From the NCBI GenBank assembly GCA_041738655.1, contig JBGSPJ010000401.1:1-54201 (forward strand): a DNA stretch of 54,201 nt, written 5' to 3'. The DNA comes from Rhodothermales bacterium. Lineage in GTDB: Bacteria > Bacteroidota > Rhodothermia > Rhodothermales > JAHQVL01. The notes beneath the pieces are model-generated. The model had not been told where the DNA came from. It made no database searches and saw nothing but the letters and a program-made list of their open reading frames with translations. Each line of letters starts with the position of its first letter. Within the stretch, counting starts at the first letter, position 1. Positions 17,131 through 26,003 of this stretch are shown piece after piece. A program made the translations under genes and the position numbers.

Positions 17131-19248
17131 TCAAAGCATCCGCTTTCCCGAGCTCGCACACCCTGGTGCGGCGGGGAAACAGGGGATGTAGCCCGTAATA
17201 TATTTGAGAATCAACGAGGCGTCGAACGCCGTAACGTCGCCGTCTCCACTGGCGTCCGCGCCGGCCTGCCCGCTCAGATTGAGGAGTCCACTTGCATGTT
17301 GAAGCACCAGCGAGGCATCCAGCGCGGTAACCAGTCCATTTCCCGAGGCGTCGCCGGGCACGCCGGCTCCTGTTTCATCCGGCGTATCATTACTGAATTG
17401 ATCGGCGCCCGGATCGGAGCCGGCGACAGGACGAGGGTCGCCATCAAAATCGGCAAGCAGGGGCGGTATATCCGAAGGCAATGCAACCCCCCTGCCTGTG
17501 AACTGCGAACCGTTGGCCAGGCGCCAACCCAACGCCATGTCGGTGGTGTCAACGACATGCGCTTTTGAAAGGTCCACCACCATAGAGTTGTAATCGGTCT
17601 GCGCGGCGTTTTGCCAGTCCTTCAGGCTGGAGGAACGGGTGACGCTGACGCCGCTGGCCGGCCGGAATTGGAAGGTGTTGTACTCGTGTGTCGCGTAATC
17701 GCGGTACCACATGACATTTCCGTCGCCCTTGTTGCTGCGCGCGTCATCTACGTTGACATGCTCCTCGAACGACAGTTCACTCGAGCGCCGCTCCGTGCCG
17801 TGCACTATCCGGGTATTCGCGACGAATAGATTGTTGTAATAGCGGTTGCCCGTGGCCTTGCCCCGATAATCGGCCCGGATACGCATGGCACCGCCCTCAT
17901 TCGCCATCATGGTATTGTGCAGGATCACGTTGTCGTTCGCGGCGTGCACAAGCAGTCCGTACCCGTAGAACGAGGGGCGCGCAAACCGGGCGCGGGTCAT
18001 CACGTTATTGCGTACGATGGTGTCGTTTGTGAGCAACTCGAGGAAGAGGTTGACCCCGTAATTATTGTCGAACACGCTGCGCTCGATCGTGTTGTTGTAA
18101 TTCTCGGTATCCAGCCAGAGGCCAGGGCCCTCGTTGTCGGAAAAGTCCAGATGCCGGAATGTGGAGTTGGTGGTATAAAGCCATTTTCCGCCGCCGGATT
18201 CCCAGAAAGGTTTGTATCCCTTCCAGTTGTTGTATCGGCTTTCGGCGTACTCGAGCAAACACCGGTCACAATATTCCCCGCGGATGCCGCTCATGCCGTT
18301 GCTGAAGGCGTATACACCGCGGGCGATGTGGTCGTCGCCCCGCATGAAGATGCCGGCGCCGTTGTTCCACTCGGCCGTCACGTTTTCGATGAGCGAGCCC
18401 TCGCTTCCCACACAGATGGCGCCGGTGAGTCCGTCGTTCGCCGTATGCCGAAAGATGAGGTTCACAAAATGGAAGAAGCCGCGCTCCTCGCCTACATTGC
18501 AGTTCGATTCGCTTCCCGAAGGGGTGAAGAGATTGTTCGTGCGGCTCGTTTGCATGGTGGCGTTGTTGGGGTTCTTCCCACCGGGTAGCCAGGCATACAT
18601 CCGGGTCGGGGTTGCCGGCGACCCTTCGAGAAAAAACGTGCCTTCAACGACATCGGCGCGCGTGTATACGGCTTTGAGCATCTGGTCGTCGGCGATGAGG
18701 ACATCGCGCCGGCGCGCGTCATCGTCCTGCGGAACGCCGTCGTTCACGCGGCGCACCCAGAGGGCCGGCAGCGTCCAGGTCATCTTCCACACCTGGCCGG
18801 CATCGAGCGTCCAGGTGCCGGATAGCGGAACCGCACCGGAGATCGCCACACGCTCCCCGGGATACCCTACGTACGCGATGCGTTTCCCTGCCGTGCCTCC
18901 ACGCACCGGGATGATCTCGCCGTAATACGTGCCCTCTCGAATGAGGATCGCATCGCCGGGTTGTACGCTGCTATGTTGAGCCGCGAAAACGACCGTCGCC
19001 CAGGGGGCGCTTTCGGTGCCGGGGTTGCTGTTGCTGCCTTTCGACGCATCCACCCAGTGGATCACGCCGCCGCCGGCGGTCAGTACATCACGGACGGGCT
19101 GGCAGGTGCCGTTGGCCCCGCACATCGAACCGGGGCCGCAATCCTGTTGCAGGTAACATTGCTGGGCGTGCGCGGATCGGGGGAGAAGAAGGATGAGAGA
19201 TAATGATAGAACAGTCGCAAGTAGGGAAACGATTCGATTGGATCGCAT
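17131..19248 (-). CDS. Secreted right-handed parallel beta-helix protein with a C-terminal type-I dockerin-like module
   Basis: Start set at the ATG at 19248 (MRSNRIVSLLATVLSLSLILLLPRSAHA). Cys-rich stretch QQCYLQQDCGPGSMCGANGTCQP. Repetitive N/G/I-rich beta-helix coils. Duplicated Ca-binding dockerin segments GDASGNGLVTALDASLVLQHASG and ADASGDGDVTAFDASLILKYITG (about 17191-17355). Confidence 0.75.
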   Translation of the reverse strand: MRSNRIVSLLATVLSLSLILLLPRSAHAQQCYLQQDCGPGSMCGANGTCQPVRDVLTAGGGVIHWVDASKGSNSNPGTESAPWATVVFAAQHSSVQPGDAILIREGTYYGEIIPVRGGTAGKRIAYVGYPGERVAISGAVPLSGTWTLDAGQVWKMTWTLPALWVRRVNDGVPQDDDARRRDVLIADDQMLKAVYTRADVVEGTFFLEGSPATPTRMYAWLPGGKNPNNATMQTSRTNNLFTPSGSESNCNVGEERGFFHFVNLIFRHTANDGLTGAICVGSEGSLIENVTAEWNNGAGIFMRGDDHIARGVYAFSNGMSGIRGEYCDRCLLEYAESRYNNWKGYKPFWESGGGKWLYTTNSTFRHLDFSDNEGPGLWLDTENYNNTIERSVFDNNYGVNLFLELLTNDTIVRNNVMTRARFARPSFYGYGLLVHAANDNVILHNTMMANEGGAMRIRADYRGKATGNRYYNNLFVANTRIVHGTERRSSELSFEEHVNVDDARSNKGDGNVMWYRDYATHEYNTFQFRPASGVSVTRSSSLKDWQNAAQTDYNSMVVDLSKAHVVDTTDMALGWRLANGSQFTGRGVALPSDIPPLLADFDGDPRPVAGSDPGADQFSNDTPDETGAGVPGDASGNGLVTALDASLVLQHASGLLNLSGQAGADASGDGDVTAFDASLILKYITGYIPCFPAAPGCASSGKRML

Positions 19249-19449
19249 AGGGGATGTGCGTGGCGCGTAATTTTGTAACGTCAGGGGAGCGATCACGGCG
19301 GCGGGGACCGGCGAGATCAGGGATGCGCGAAACAGGAGGGGGCTGCCGGCATCGGTGATACGATGACGGCAGCCCCATGCAGAATTGTGCCAAACTTGCA
19401 GCGCCTCACCCGGGATGGCGCATCTGTTTCTAGATCGGCGCTAAAAACG

Positions 19450-20463
19450 TCACGATGCGAGGTGCTGTTCACGCACATCGGGGGCCGAATCACCCGCCGG
19501 AACGTGCAACACATCCTCCAAAACCGAGATGACACCGGCTCGAACCTGCTGATTCCACGCCGTCCGGTATGCTTCCAGATGTAGCGGCGCCGTATTGAGA
19601 CTCCGTATGCCGGCGACAATCGCGTCCGGCGTGTTTTCCACCAGCGTCGCCCATTCTCCAAACAGCTTTTCGGAGAGGGAGGAGCGGCTGGCGATGAGGG
19701 GGGTATTGGATGAAAGCGCCTCACAGGCACCGGATTGCTGGGTGGCCACCATGTTCGTAAGCGCGATCGCCGCGGTGCTCGTGCACAACATCCGGTGGTA
19801 GTCAGCCGTGCTCAGGAAGCCGGTCAGCCGGACGTTCGGATACCCTTCGATCCGCTGGCGCAACGCGGCCGGCAGCTTCTTCAGGTCGGCCGTGATGACA
19901 AACGTGTATTCTGGTACCTGCGCGATCACGTCCGCAATGGTGTCGACGGGTTCATCCGGGTCAAATGAACAGATGAACAGGATTTTGTTCGTTTCACGCA
20001 CCGCATTCGGCGCCTCAATCCGTTGCAGCGGGTCCGCGACGACAAAAAACGGCTTATCCGGGTAGTCGCCGTGGAAAAGGTCCAGCACCTCGGGGTTGTG
20101 GACAAGCACCGCCCGCGCGCGGCGCATGACGAGGTTGAACAGAGGGAGCTTGTGCCAGTACGACTGAAAGACGCCGTTGTGCGCATCCAGGATAAAGGGC
20201 AGCCGGCATAGGATAGCCGGCAGCGCGGCGTAATGCGGAGGCGCCTGGACCAGCGCGTAGCTCGGTCGCGTGCGGAGGATGTGGAAGATGGTGACGACGA
20301 GTTTGTATAGGTAGTCCAGCGGGCGTAGCCGCTTGCTCCTGAACAGGTGGGGTACCCACTTGATTTCGGCATCGAATAGCGGCGCGAGCACCTCCGCTCG
20401 GCGCTGATATCCTTTCCACACGATGAACAGACACCGCTCCTTGCGCGATTTATTTCTTTTCAT
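19450..20463 (-). CDS. Glycosyltransferase (divergent GT-B, GT1/GT4-like)
   Basis: Start set at the ATG at 20463 (MKRNKSRKERCLFIVWKG). C-terminal half resembles GT-B (ALTNMVATQQSGACEALSSNTPLIASRS). The family assignment is weaker than for neighbouring glycosyltransferases. Confidence 0.6.
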   Translation of the reverse strand: MKRNKSRKERCLFIVWKGYQRRAEVLAPLFDAEIKWVPHLFRSKRLRPLDYLYKLVVTIFHILRTRPSYALVQAPPHYAALPAILCRLPFILDAHNGVFQSYWHKLPLFNLVMRRARAVLVHNPEVLDLFHGDYPDKPFFVVADPLQRIEAPNAVRETNKILFICSFDPDEPVDTIADVIAQVPEYTFVITADLKKLPAALRQRIEGYPNVRLTGFLSTADYHRMLCTSTAAIALTNMVATQQSGACEALSSNTPLIASRSSLSEKLFGEWATLVENTPDAIVAGIRSLNTAPLHLEAYRTAWNQQVRAGVISVLEDVLHVPAGDSAPDVREQHLAS

Positions 20464-20522
20464 GACCCCCCCTGGGAGTAGACGATGGGCAAATTGGAGA
20501 GTGGCACGCTCGGGGGCGGCCG

Positions 20523-21428
20523 TCAGGCGCTCAGGCGAAGGCGCTTCAGAAAGTGAACCGTTACGCGTACCATGTCGCACGTAAAAAAAGAAACGAATTG
20601 AATGGGCGACGTGGCGGTTTTGAGCGCAAAGTAAAAACGAAACTTGACCCAGAACGACGAGCGGAAATCGAAGAAGTACCGTTTGACATCGCTCAACCGA
20701 TAGACCTCCTTTACATCGAATTCGTAGGTTTTGTTAACGTGGCTGCGTACGGCCGCGTCATACGACACGATCTGCTTGTAGCCCCGCCGGCAAGCGCGCA
20801 CCGGGAATTCGGTGTCGCCGCGGTGCTTGAAGTGCACTTCATCGTAAAGCCCCACTTCCTTAAACACGCCCACCGGCGCGAGCATACCGCGGCCTGTGAG
20901 TTGGGAGACCTCGACGGCGTGGCCCTGTGGGAATTCCGCCAACCGCCGGCCAACATGCAGTACGCGATCTTTGGCCGTGAACCAATTTGTGATGCGGCCC
21001 CCATCCCAGATCGTGTCGGGCGTCTCGATGTCCACGACCACGGAGCCTACCAGCGTGCGCGGATGCGCCCGGGCAAACGCCACCAGCCGGCCTACGTAGG
21101 CATCGTCAAACTCGAGGTCGTCGTTGATGATCAGCACGAAGTCGTCCGCTCTGGCTTCTTTCAGTACATGACGTAACCCCGCATTGGTCCCGCCCGTCCA
21201 CCACAGATTTCCGTCGCCTTTCACGATCGTCACTTCGGGAAACTCGGCGCGGATCATGTCGGAGGTGCCATCGGTCGACCCGTCATCGACGATGATGGCC
21301 CGAATGTCTCGGTAATCCTGGCGCCCGAGGCACGCGAGGAAACGCTGGGTGATGGCTTTTCGGTTAAAGACCGGCGTGACGACGTAAACCATGAGGATGA
21401 GGGTCAGAACGTACGGAAAGGAGATCAC
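20523..21428 (-). CDS. Glycosyltransferase family 2
   Basis: VVTPVFNRK ... IIVDDGSTDGTSDMI ... the DxD-region INDDLEFDD. The alternative start ATG at 21392 (MVYVVTPVFN) is equally plausible. Confidence 0.85.
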   Translation of the reverse strand: MISFPYVLTLILMVYVVTPVFNRKAITQRFLACLGRQDYRDIRAIIVDDGSTDGTSDMIRAEFPEVTIVKGDGNLWWTGGTNAGLRHVLKEARADDFVLIINDDLEFDDAYVGRLVAFARAHPRTLVGSVVVDIETPDTIWDGGRITNWFTAKDRVLHVGRRLAEFPQGHAVEVSQLTGRGMLAPVGVFKEVGLYDEVHFKHRGDTEFPVRACRRGYKQIVSYDAAVRSHVNKTYEFDVKEVYRLSDVKRYFFDFRSSFWVKFRFYFALKTATSPIQFVSFFTCDMVRVTVHFLKRLRLSA

Positions 21429-21432
21429 TCCA

Positions 21433-22323
21433 TCAGGCGATGGGGCGAAGCTTTTGGTGGCCGAGCCGGGCGGTCACGGCGGACAGGGTCATGCGCACAT
21501 ACGGCAACGACCCATAGATAGGCCACATCATGCCGGCGTACTTCCGAGCAAAATACATCCACTCGCGTGGCGGCAGCCCTTTGGGGCCGGTCACCTGGCG
21601 CCAGCGTTCGCGCAGCGAGAGCCGCGTGTCGAGCCAGCTGCCGTCGATCGGGTTCGTAGCGCATGTGCCGGCGTAGCCCGGCGCGATCCAGACCGACACA
21701 CCCTGCGCGATCGCACGCAGCGCATAGTCGATATCCCCGATGGCGTGCGAAAAACCTCGATCCAGGTTACCCACCTCGCGCGCCACCTCTTCCGGGATGA
21801 GCACGCAGTTGCCGTGCATGATCACACAGGGCAACGGATGATCGGCCGGGGCGACGAGTTCGAATTTGAGTGGATGCCACGTGCTGCTTCGCACCGAGCC
21901 GCCGTACGTGAGGGAGCCACTTTTGGGATCCTGCACCGACCCGACAACGATATTGCGCTCGTAGCCGGCCACGTCGAGCTGGCGCACCGTTTCCATGAAA
22001 CGAGCCAGCGTGCCGGGATACAACTGGGTGTCGTCGTTGAGCCACAGAAAATACTCGGATCCGGCTTCGATAGCGGCGCCAAAAGCCTCGTGCATGCCGC
22101 CGTTCCAGAATAGCGAACCGTCCCCACGGAGCAGGCGCACCTGAGGAAATCGGGTCGCGATGGCCTCGGCGGTGCCGTCGGTGCTTCCGTCGTCCATCAC
22201 GACGGCCTGCAGGGAATACGCGTCGTCCAATTCCTGGGCGAAGTAGTTCTCAAGGCATTTCAGCGTCAGGGGCTTGCGATTGTGACAGGCCAGCACGGCT
22301 GTAATGCGGGTTTTTGCGGACAT
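21433..22323 (-). CDS. Glycosyltransferase family 2
   Basis: Start set at the ATG at 22323 (MSAKTRITAVLACHNRK). VVMDDGSTDGTAEAI, WLNDDTQL. The stop lies 4 nt upstream of the next ORF. Confidence 0.85.
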   Translation of the reverse strand: MSAKTRITAVLACHNRKPLTLKCLENYFAQELDDAYSLQAVVMDDGSTDGTAEAIATRFPQVRLLRGDGSLFWNGGMHEAFGAAIEAGSEYFLWLNDDTQLYPGTLARFMETVRQLDVAGYERNIVVGSVQDPKSGSLTYGGSVRSSTWHPLKFELVAPADHPLPCVIMHGNCVLIPEEVAREVGNLDRGFSHAIGDIDYALRAIAQGVSVWIAPGYAGTCATNPIDGSWLDTRLSLRERWRQVTGPKGLPPREWMYFARKYAGMMWPIYGSLPYVRMTLSAVTARLGHQKLRPIA

Positions 22324-22517
22324 CGGATTGAATGGAGGCTGCGATGCAAAGGCGATGGGCGCATAGGGACGAGGCGGGTTCACCCGGTGCACGCGCGCAG
22401 CGGTCGCCGGCGACACGCCGGAACCGCTGGTTGCCCTTCCAATTCGTCACACCCCTCGGGGTTTCGCTGAAAGCGAGGATAGACGACGTCCTGTGTATCG
22501 GAGCCGGCGGCGTTCGC

Positions 22518-23507
22518 CTAAAGCTTCCGGTTGCCCGTCAGCTTTTTGAAGCTTCGCGTGGCATACAGGGAGAGGTGTTTCATGAAGTATTCCGCCGGGT
22601 TGCGACGGGCGAGGCGAAGGCTCGCCCAATCGAGATCGAGCGGCGTTTCAGACGCATGAGTGCGCTCTCCGCCTGAGATACAACGCACCTCGTTTATGTT
22701 GCCGACGGCCATCGGCAGATCGAGGTCATCCAGGTCGATGATATCGATCTCCTTGAGGGTCTTCTGGTTGATGACCGCGAGAAAGCCACGCGTCTTGTCG
22801 CGCGCGTGGCGCTCGGCGTGTTCGGAGAATCCGATCACGATATGATCCCCCACGACAGAAATGCCTTTTGTATGGCCCGGGTAGGAGAGCCGGGCAAGGA
22901 CTTGCTGGGTCGGTAGATCCACCGCTACGAACTGTCCCGACGACGACGCATTGTAGTAGAGCCGGGTGCCCTCGAGAAAGACATTGTGGCACCCATGGTC
23001 CCACACGCTCAGCGACTGCCTGTAGGTGAAGCCGGCGCGTGGGTCATGGTCCAGAACGGCCAACTCGGTCAACGTCCGGCCTTTGTTGTGCAGCAGGGCG
23101 TAAACCTGATTCCCGCACGGAAAGACGGAGTTGATGTGGTTGTAATCGAAACTCTTCCCCTCGAAGTGATACGAGTGGTACGACGTCCCGTCCAGCGTCT
23201 GGTAGACGATGTTGTTGAAGTCGGTATTCGTAAAATACAGCCCGCCGTTGGTGCAGCTGATCTGGTGGATGGCCCCGGTTTCACCGAGGAAGGGGATGGG
23301 ATTCGCCACTTCCTCGAGCGTTTGACGATCCAGCACGCGGAGCCGTCGGTCGTCTTGTTTGACAAGGACCGCGTCGAGGTCGTTATTTTTTAGGAATCCA
23401 ATACCATAGTGATGGCCGGTGGCAAGGGGGCGGACGTTGGTCACGCGCCAGTTGGCATCAAATGTTATAGCGAACAATTGCGAGTGTGTCGCAACGAGAT
23501 ACGTCAT
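22518..23507 (-). CDS. Hypothetical protein, no signal peptide, possibly beta-propeller-like
   Basis: 329-aa ORF with the codon bias of its neighbours, embedded in the polysaccharide operon. I recognise no catalytic motif. Repeated short beta-strand/turn segments suggest an all-beta fold. Confidence 0.55.
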   Translation of the reverse strand: MTYLVATHSQLFAITFDANWRVTNVRPLATGHHYGIGFLKNNDLDAVLVKQDDRRLRVLDRQTLEEVANPIPFLGETGAIHQISCTNGGLYFTNTDFNNIVYQTLDGTSYHSYHFEGKSFDYNHINSVFPCGNQVYALLHNKGRTLTELAVLDHDPRAGFTYRQSLSVWDHGCHNVFLEGTRLYYNASSSGQFVAVDLPTQQVLARLSYPGHTKGISVVGDHIVIGFSEHAERHARDKTRGFLAVINQKTLKEIDIIDLDDLDLPMAVGNINEVRCISGGERTHASETPLDLDWASLRLARRNPAEYFMKHLSLYATRSFKKLTGNRKL

Positions 23508-23548
23508 AGAACCAGTCTTCTGTGAGCGAAAACGCTCAGCGATCGGAG

Positions 23549-24553
23549 TTACAGGTGAGGATGAACTCGTTTCAGCTGGGGGAGACGCTTGAGTTTATCT
23601 TTAAGCAAACGCAGTTCCAGAAACTGGTACATGAGGCCGTAGGTCATGCGGAGGAGGTCGCCGGCCACCCGTTTCATGGAAAAGGGGATCGTTTGAAGTT
23701 CCTTGTGCAGTTCGTCGAGGTTGTAGCCAAGCGCCGCGAGCCGCGGTGCGCCCAACCAGTTCAAGTACCGCCGGCACCACCATTTACGCAGGGGATTTCG
23801 TAGCGACTGCTTCCACTTGTCGAGTGAGCCGTCGCTGATGGCGCGGTACGCCTTGACGCCTGTCGGATCCCCCATGTCGCCGCCGAGCTGAACGCTCTGA
23901 AAGTCGTCGATCATCGCCGGGTCGAAGGGGATGTTCAGGTACCTACACAGGTCTTTACAAGATAGTTCTGGTTCTGAGATTAAGTCTTCATAACGAATGC
24001 TGAACGCCCGATTCTCATACTTCTCATGGCCGGCAAACAGGCGTTCGAATCCCTCATAGAGATCGATTTTGAAAAAATACAGGTACCAGTGGCCGCGATG
24101 CCAGGTATCGAGCATGGAGGCGATGACGGACAGGGGGTTTCGCCACAGGAACACAAACCGGGCATCCGGGAATAGTTCAAAAATCTCATCGAGGATGAGA
24201 TGATATCGAGGGGTTTTGTCGAGGAAATACCGGGCGCCAGGACGCGCTCGGTCGGTGTAAAGCCGCAGCGCCAGATCTCGAAGGGCACCCGTGAACGCGG
24301 CGCGGCCGCCAGGCATAGCGGTGTAGAAATCCCGGATGGCGTCGACTACCGCGTTCTGGTCGTAGTTCGTATAGATGCCCTCGCGGCGCATCGTGCTGAC
24401 GAGGGGGAGGAGCACCCAGGGCTCGGCGGCGGTATCAATCGATGTGTGCTTGGCGAGGATGCGTTGCAGCAGCGTCGAGCCGCTCCGCGGCAACGAAAGT
24501 AGGAAGATAGGCTGGACGGCCGGGCTTGCGGCGTATCGTTCGGGCTCACTCAC
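23549..24553 (-). CDS. Sulfotransferase family protein (PAPS-dependent)
   Basis: 5'-PSB loop LLSLPRSGSTLLQRIL. Later RYEDLISEPE, typical of sulfotransferases. Start set at the GTG at 24553 (an 8-nt GTGAGTGA overlap with the wzx stop). The ATG at 24634 would overlap wzx by 89 nt. Confidence 0.8.
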   Translation of the reverse strand: MSEPERYAASPAVQPIFLLSLPRSGSTLLQRILAKHTSIDTAAEPWVLLPLVSTMRREGIYTNYDQNAVVDAIRDFYTAMPGGRAAFTGALRDLALRLYTDRARPGARYFLDKTPRYHLILDEIFELFPDARFVFLWRNPLSVIASMLDTWHRGHWYLYFFKIDLYEGFERLFAGHEKYENRAFSIRYEDLISEPELSCKDLCRYLNIPFDPAMIDDFQSVQLGGDMGDPTGVKAYRAISDGSLDKWKQSLRNPLRKWWCRRYLNWLGAPRLAALGYNLDELHKELQTIPFSMKRVAGDLLRMTYGLMYQFLELRLLKDKLKRLPQLKRVHPHL

Positions 24554-25976
24554 GGGGATTTTTGCTGGGATTACGCCGTTTTCCCGGCCAATACAGGGCG
24601 ACGGATACGATCTTAAGGCGATGCCAGACGACAAACGCGGCGATCGTGTTCCAGAGGATGATGGAAAGCGAGGTCGCGACGGCGGCGCCCATCGCGCCGT
24701 AGAGTTTGATCATGCCGGCGTTCATCGCGACATTGATAACGGCCGTAAAACCCAGGATCCGGGCCGAATCCCGCTGGTGACCCGTCATATTGAGTAGGAG
24801 AAGCGCCGGCCCGGTGAACGCGTTGACGATCTGGCCAATGATGAGCACCTTCAACAGCGGAGCCGATGCACCGAAGCCTTCCGAGAAGATGGCCTCCAGA
24901 TAAGCTGATCCGAAGAACAATCCTACCGCCAGCAGGATCGCAACAAAAAATACGGAATTGGCGCCCAAGGTGACGATGCGCTGCAAGTCACCCGTTTTTT
25001 TACGGGCGAAGAGATCGGCCGTCATCGGGTACAAGATGGCGTTTGTGGCGGTCAGGGCGATGATGAGCAGCTGGGCTACGCGGGAGGCCACGCTGAACAC
25101 GGCCACATCATCGGTGCTCGCCAGCATGCCGAGCAGGATCTGATCGGCTTCGAAAATCACGAGGTTGAACCCGGAGGTCCACATCATGTCGCGCGAGGTG
25201 ACGAACCATTCGCGGGACTCGTACACTGGCGTCGCGGCCGCGACTTCAGCGGGCAGCGTTCTGCGGACAAGCACGCCGGCCAGGATCAACGCCAGCAGCG
25301 TGGCCGCGAGGTTGATCATCATCGAAAACTCGGGGGTGATAAACGCCTCGCCACTATCCGACACCGTACGCCCCATCGAGGTCCAGCTATAGATCGTCAC
25401 CGTAAAAAGCGCGATCAACCCCGGACGAACGATGCGTAGGGGGATTTGCGACTGGGCCACGCGTTTGAACCCGTCCAGCACGCCTTCACTCACCTGCAGA
25501 TAGGAGAGCAGGGGCAGGGAGATGAGCGCCAGCAGAAACGCGTACAAAAACCGGTCGTTCCCGTAGTGCGCGGCCAGCGACTCCCAGAATATCCACACGA
25601 CGCCGGCCGCCAGTAGGCCGGCCGCGGTCGAGATCCAGTACGTCGTGCGCCGACAATACATCATGAAGCCGCGGATGCGGGCCCAATCTTTCTGCCCCCG
25701 GTAGGCGGCCAGATATCGAATAGCGGATTTGTTGAAGCCAAGCCGGCCCACGGTGGCCAGCAGCATCAGCCACGACAACGCCAGCGCATATTCGCCGTAA
25801 TACGCCAGCCCGAGGTAATTGGTGAGCACGCCAGCGGATACGAAGGCGACGCCCGCGGCGACGATCCGCGAAACCATGCCGCTGCTTGAGCCACGGATGA
25901 GCTGGGCCACCAGGCCTTTGCCACGCAGCTTCGTAAGAAAATCTCTCGCCATACCCGCGCGAGCCTGGATGTGCAT
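24546..25976 (-). CDS. wzx: Polysaccharide/oligosaccharide flippase (MOP superfamily, Wzx-type)
   Basis: 476 aa. About 12-14 hydrophobic helices, with the layout typical of polysaccharide biosynthesis protein flippases. The start could also be the ATG 24 nt downstream (MARDF). Confidence 0.8.
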   Translation of the reverse strand: MHIQARAGMARDFLTKLRGKGLVAQLIRGSSSGMVSRIVAAGVAFVSAGVLTNYLGLAYYGEYALALSWLMLLATVGRLGFNKSAIRYLAAYRGQKDWARIRGFMMYCRRTTYWISTAAGLLAAGVVWIFWESLAAHYGNDRFLYAFLLALISLPLLSYLQVSEGVLDGFKRVAQSQIPLRIVRPGLIALFTVTIYSWTSMGRTVSDSGEAFITPEFSMMINLAATLLALILAGVLVRRTLPAEVAAATPVYESREWFVTSRDMMWTSGFNLVIFEADQILLGMLASTDDVAVFSVASRVAQLLIIALTATNAILYPMTADLFARKKTGDLQRIVTLGANSVFFVAILLAVGLFFGSAYLEAIFSEGFGASAPLLKVLIIGQIVNAFTGPALLLLNMTGHQRDSARILGFTAVINVAMNAGMIKLYGAMGAAVATSLSIILWNTIAAFVVWHRLKIVSVALYWPGKRRNPSKNPRE

Positions 25977-26003
25977 AAATTACTCGTTCGAGGAAAGAGG
26001 TCC

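Noticed and set aside
22518-23507. Assigning the 329-aa orphan to a named DUF family (such as a DUF4915/TIGR03032-type protein)
   Set aside because: I could not match any motif I remember from that family, so naming it would be a guess. I left it as hypothetical.
24554-24634. Longest-ORF ATG start for the first sulfotransferase
   Set aside because: It would overlap the wzx coding end by 89 nt. An in-frame GTG at 24553 gives the common 8-nt coupled overlap and still precedes the PAPS-binding loop. This is not proven, so both starts remain possible.
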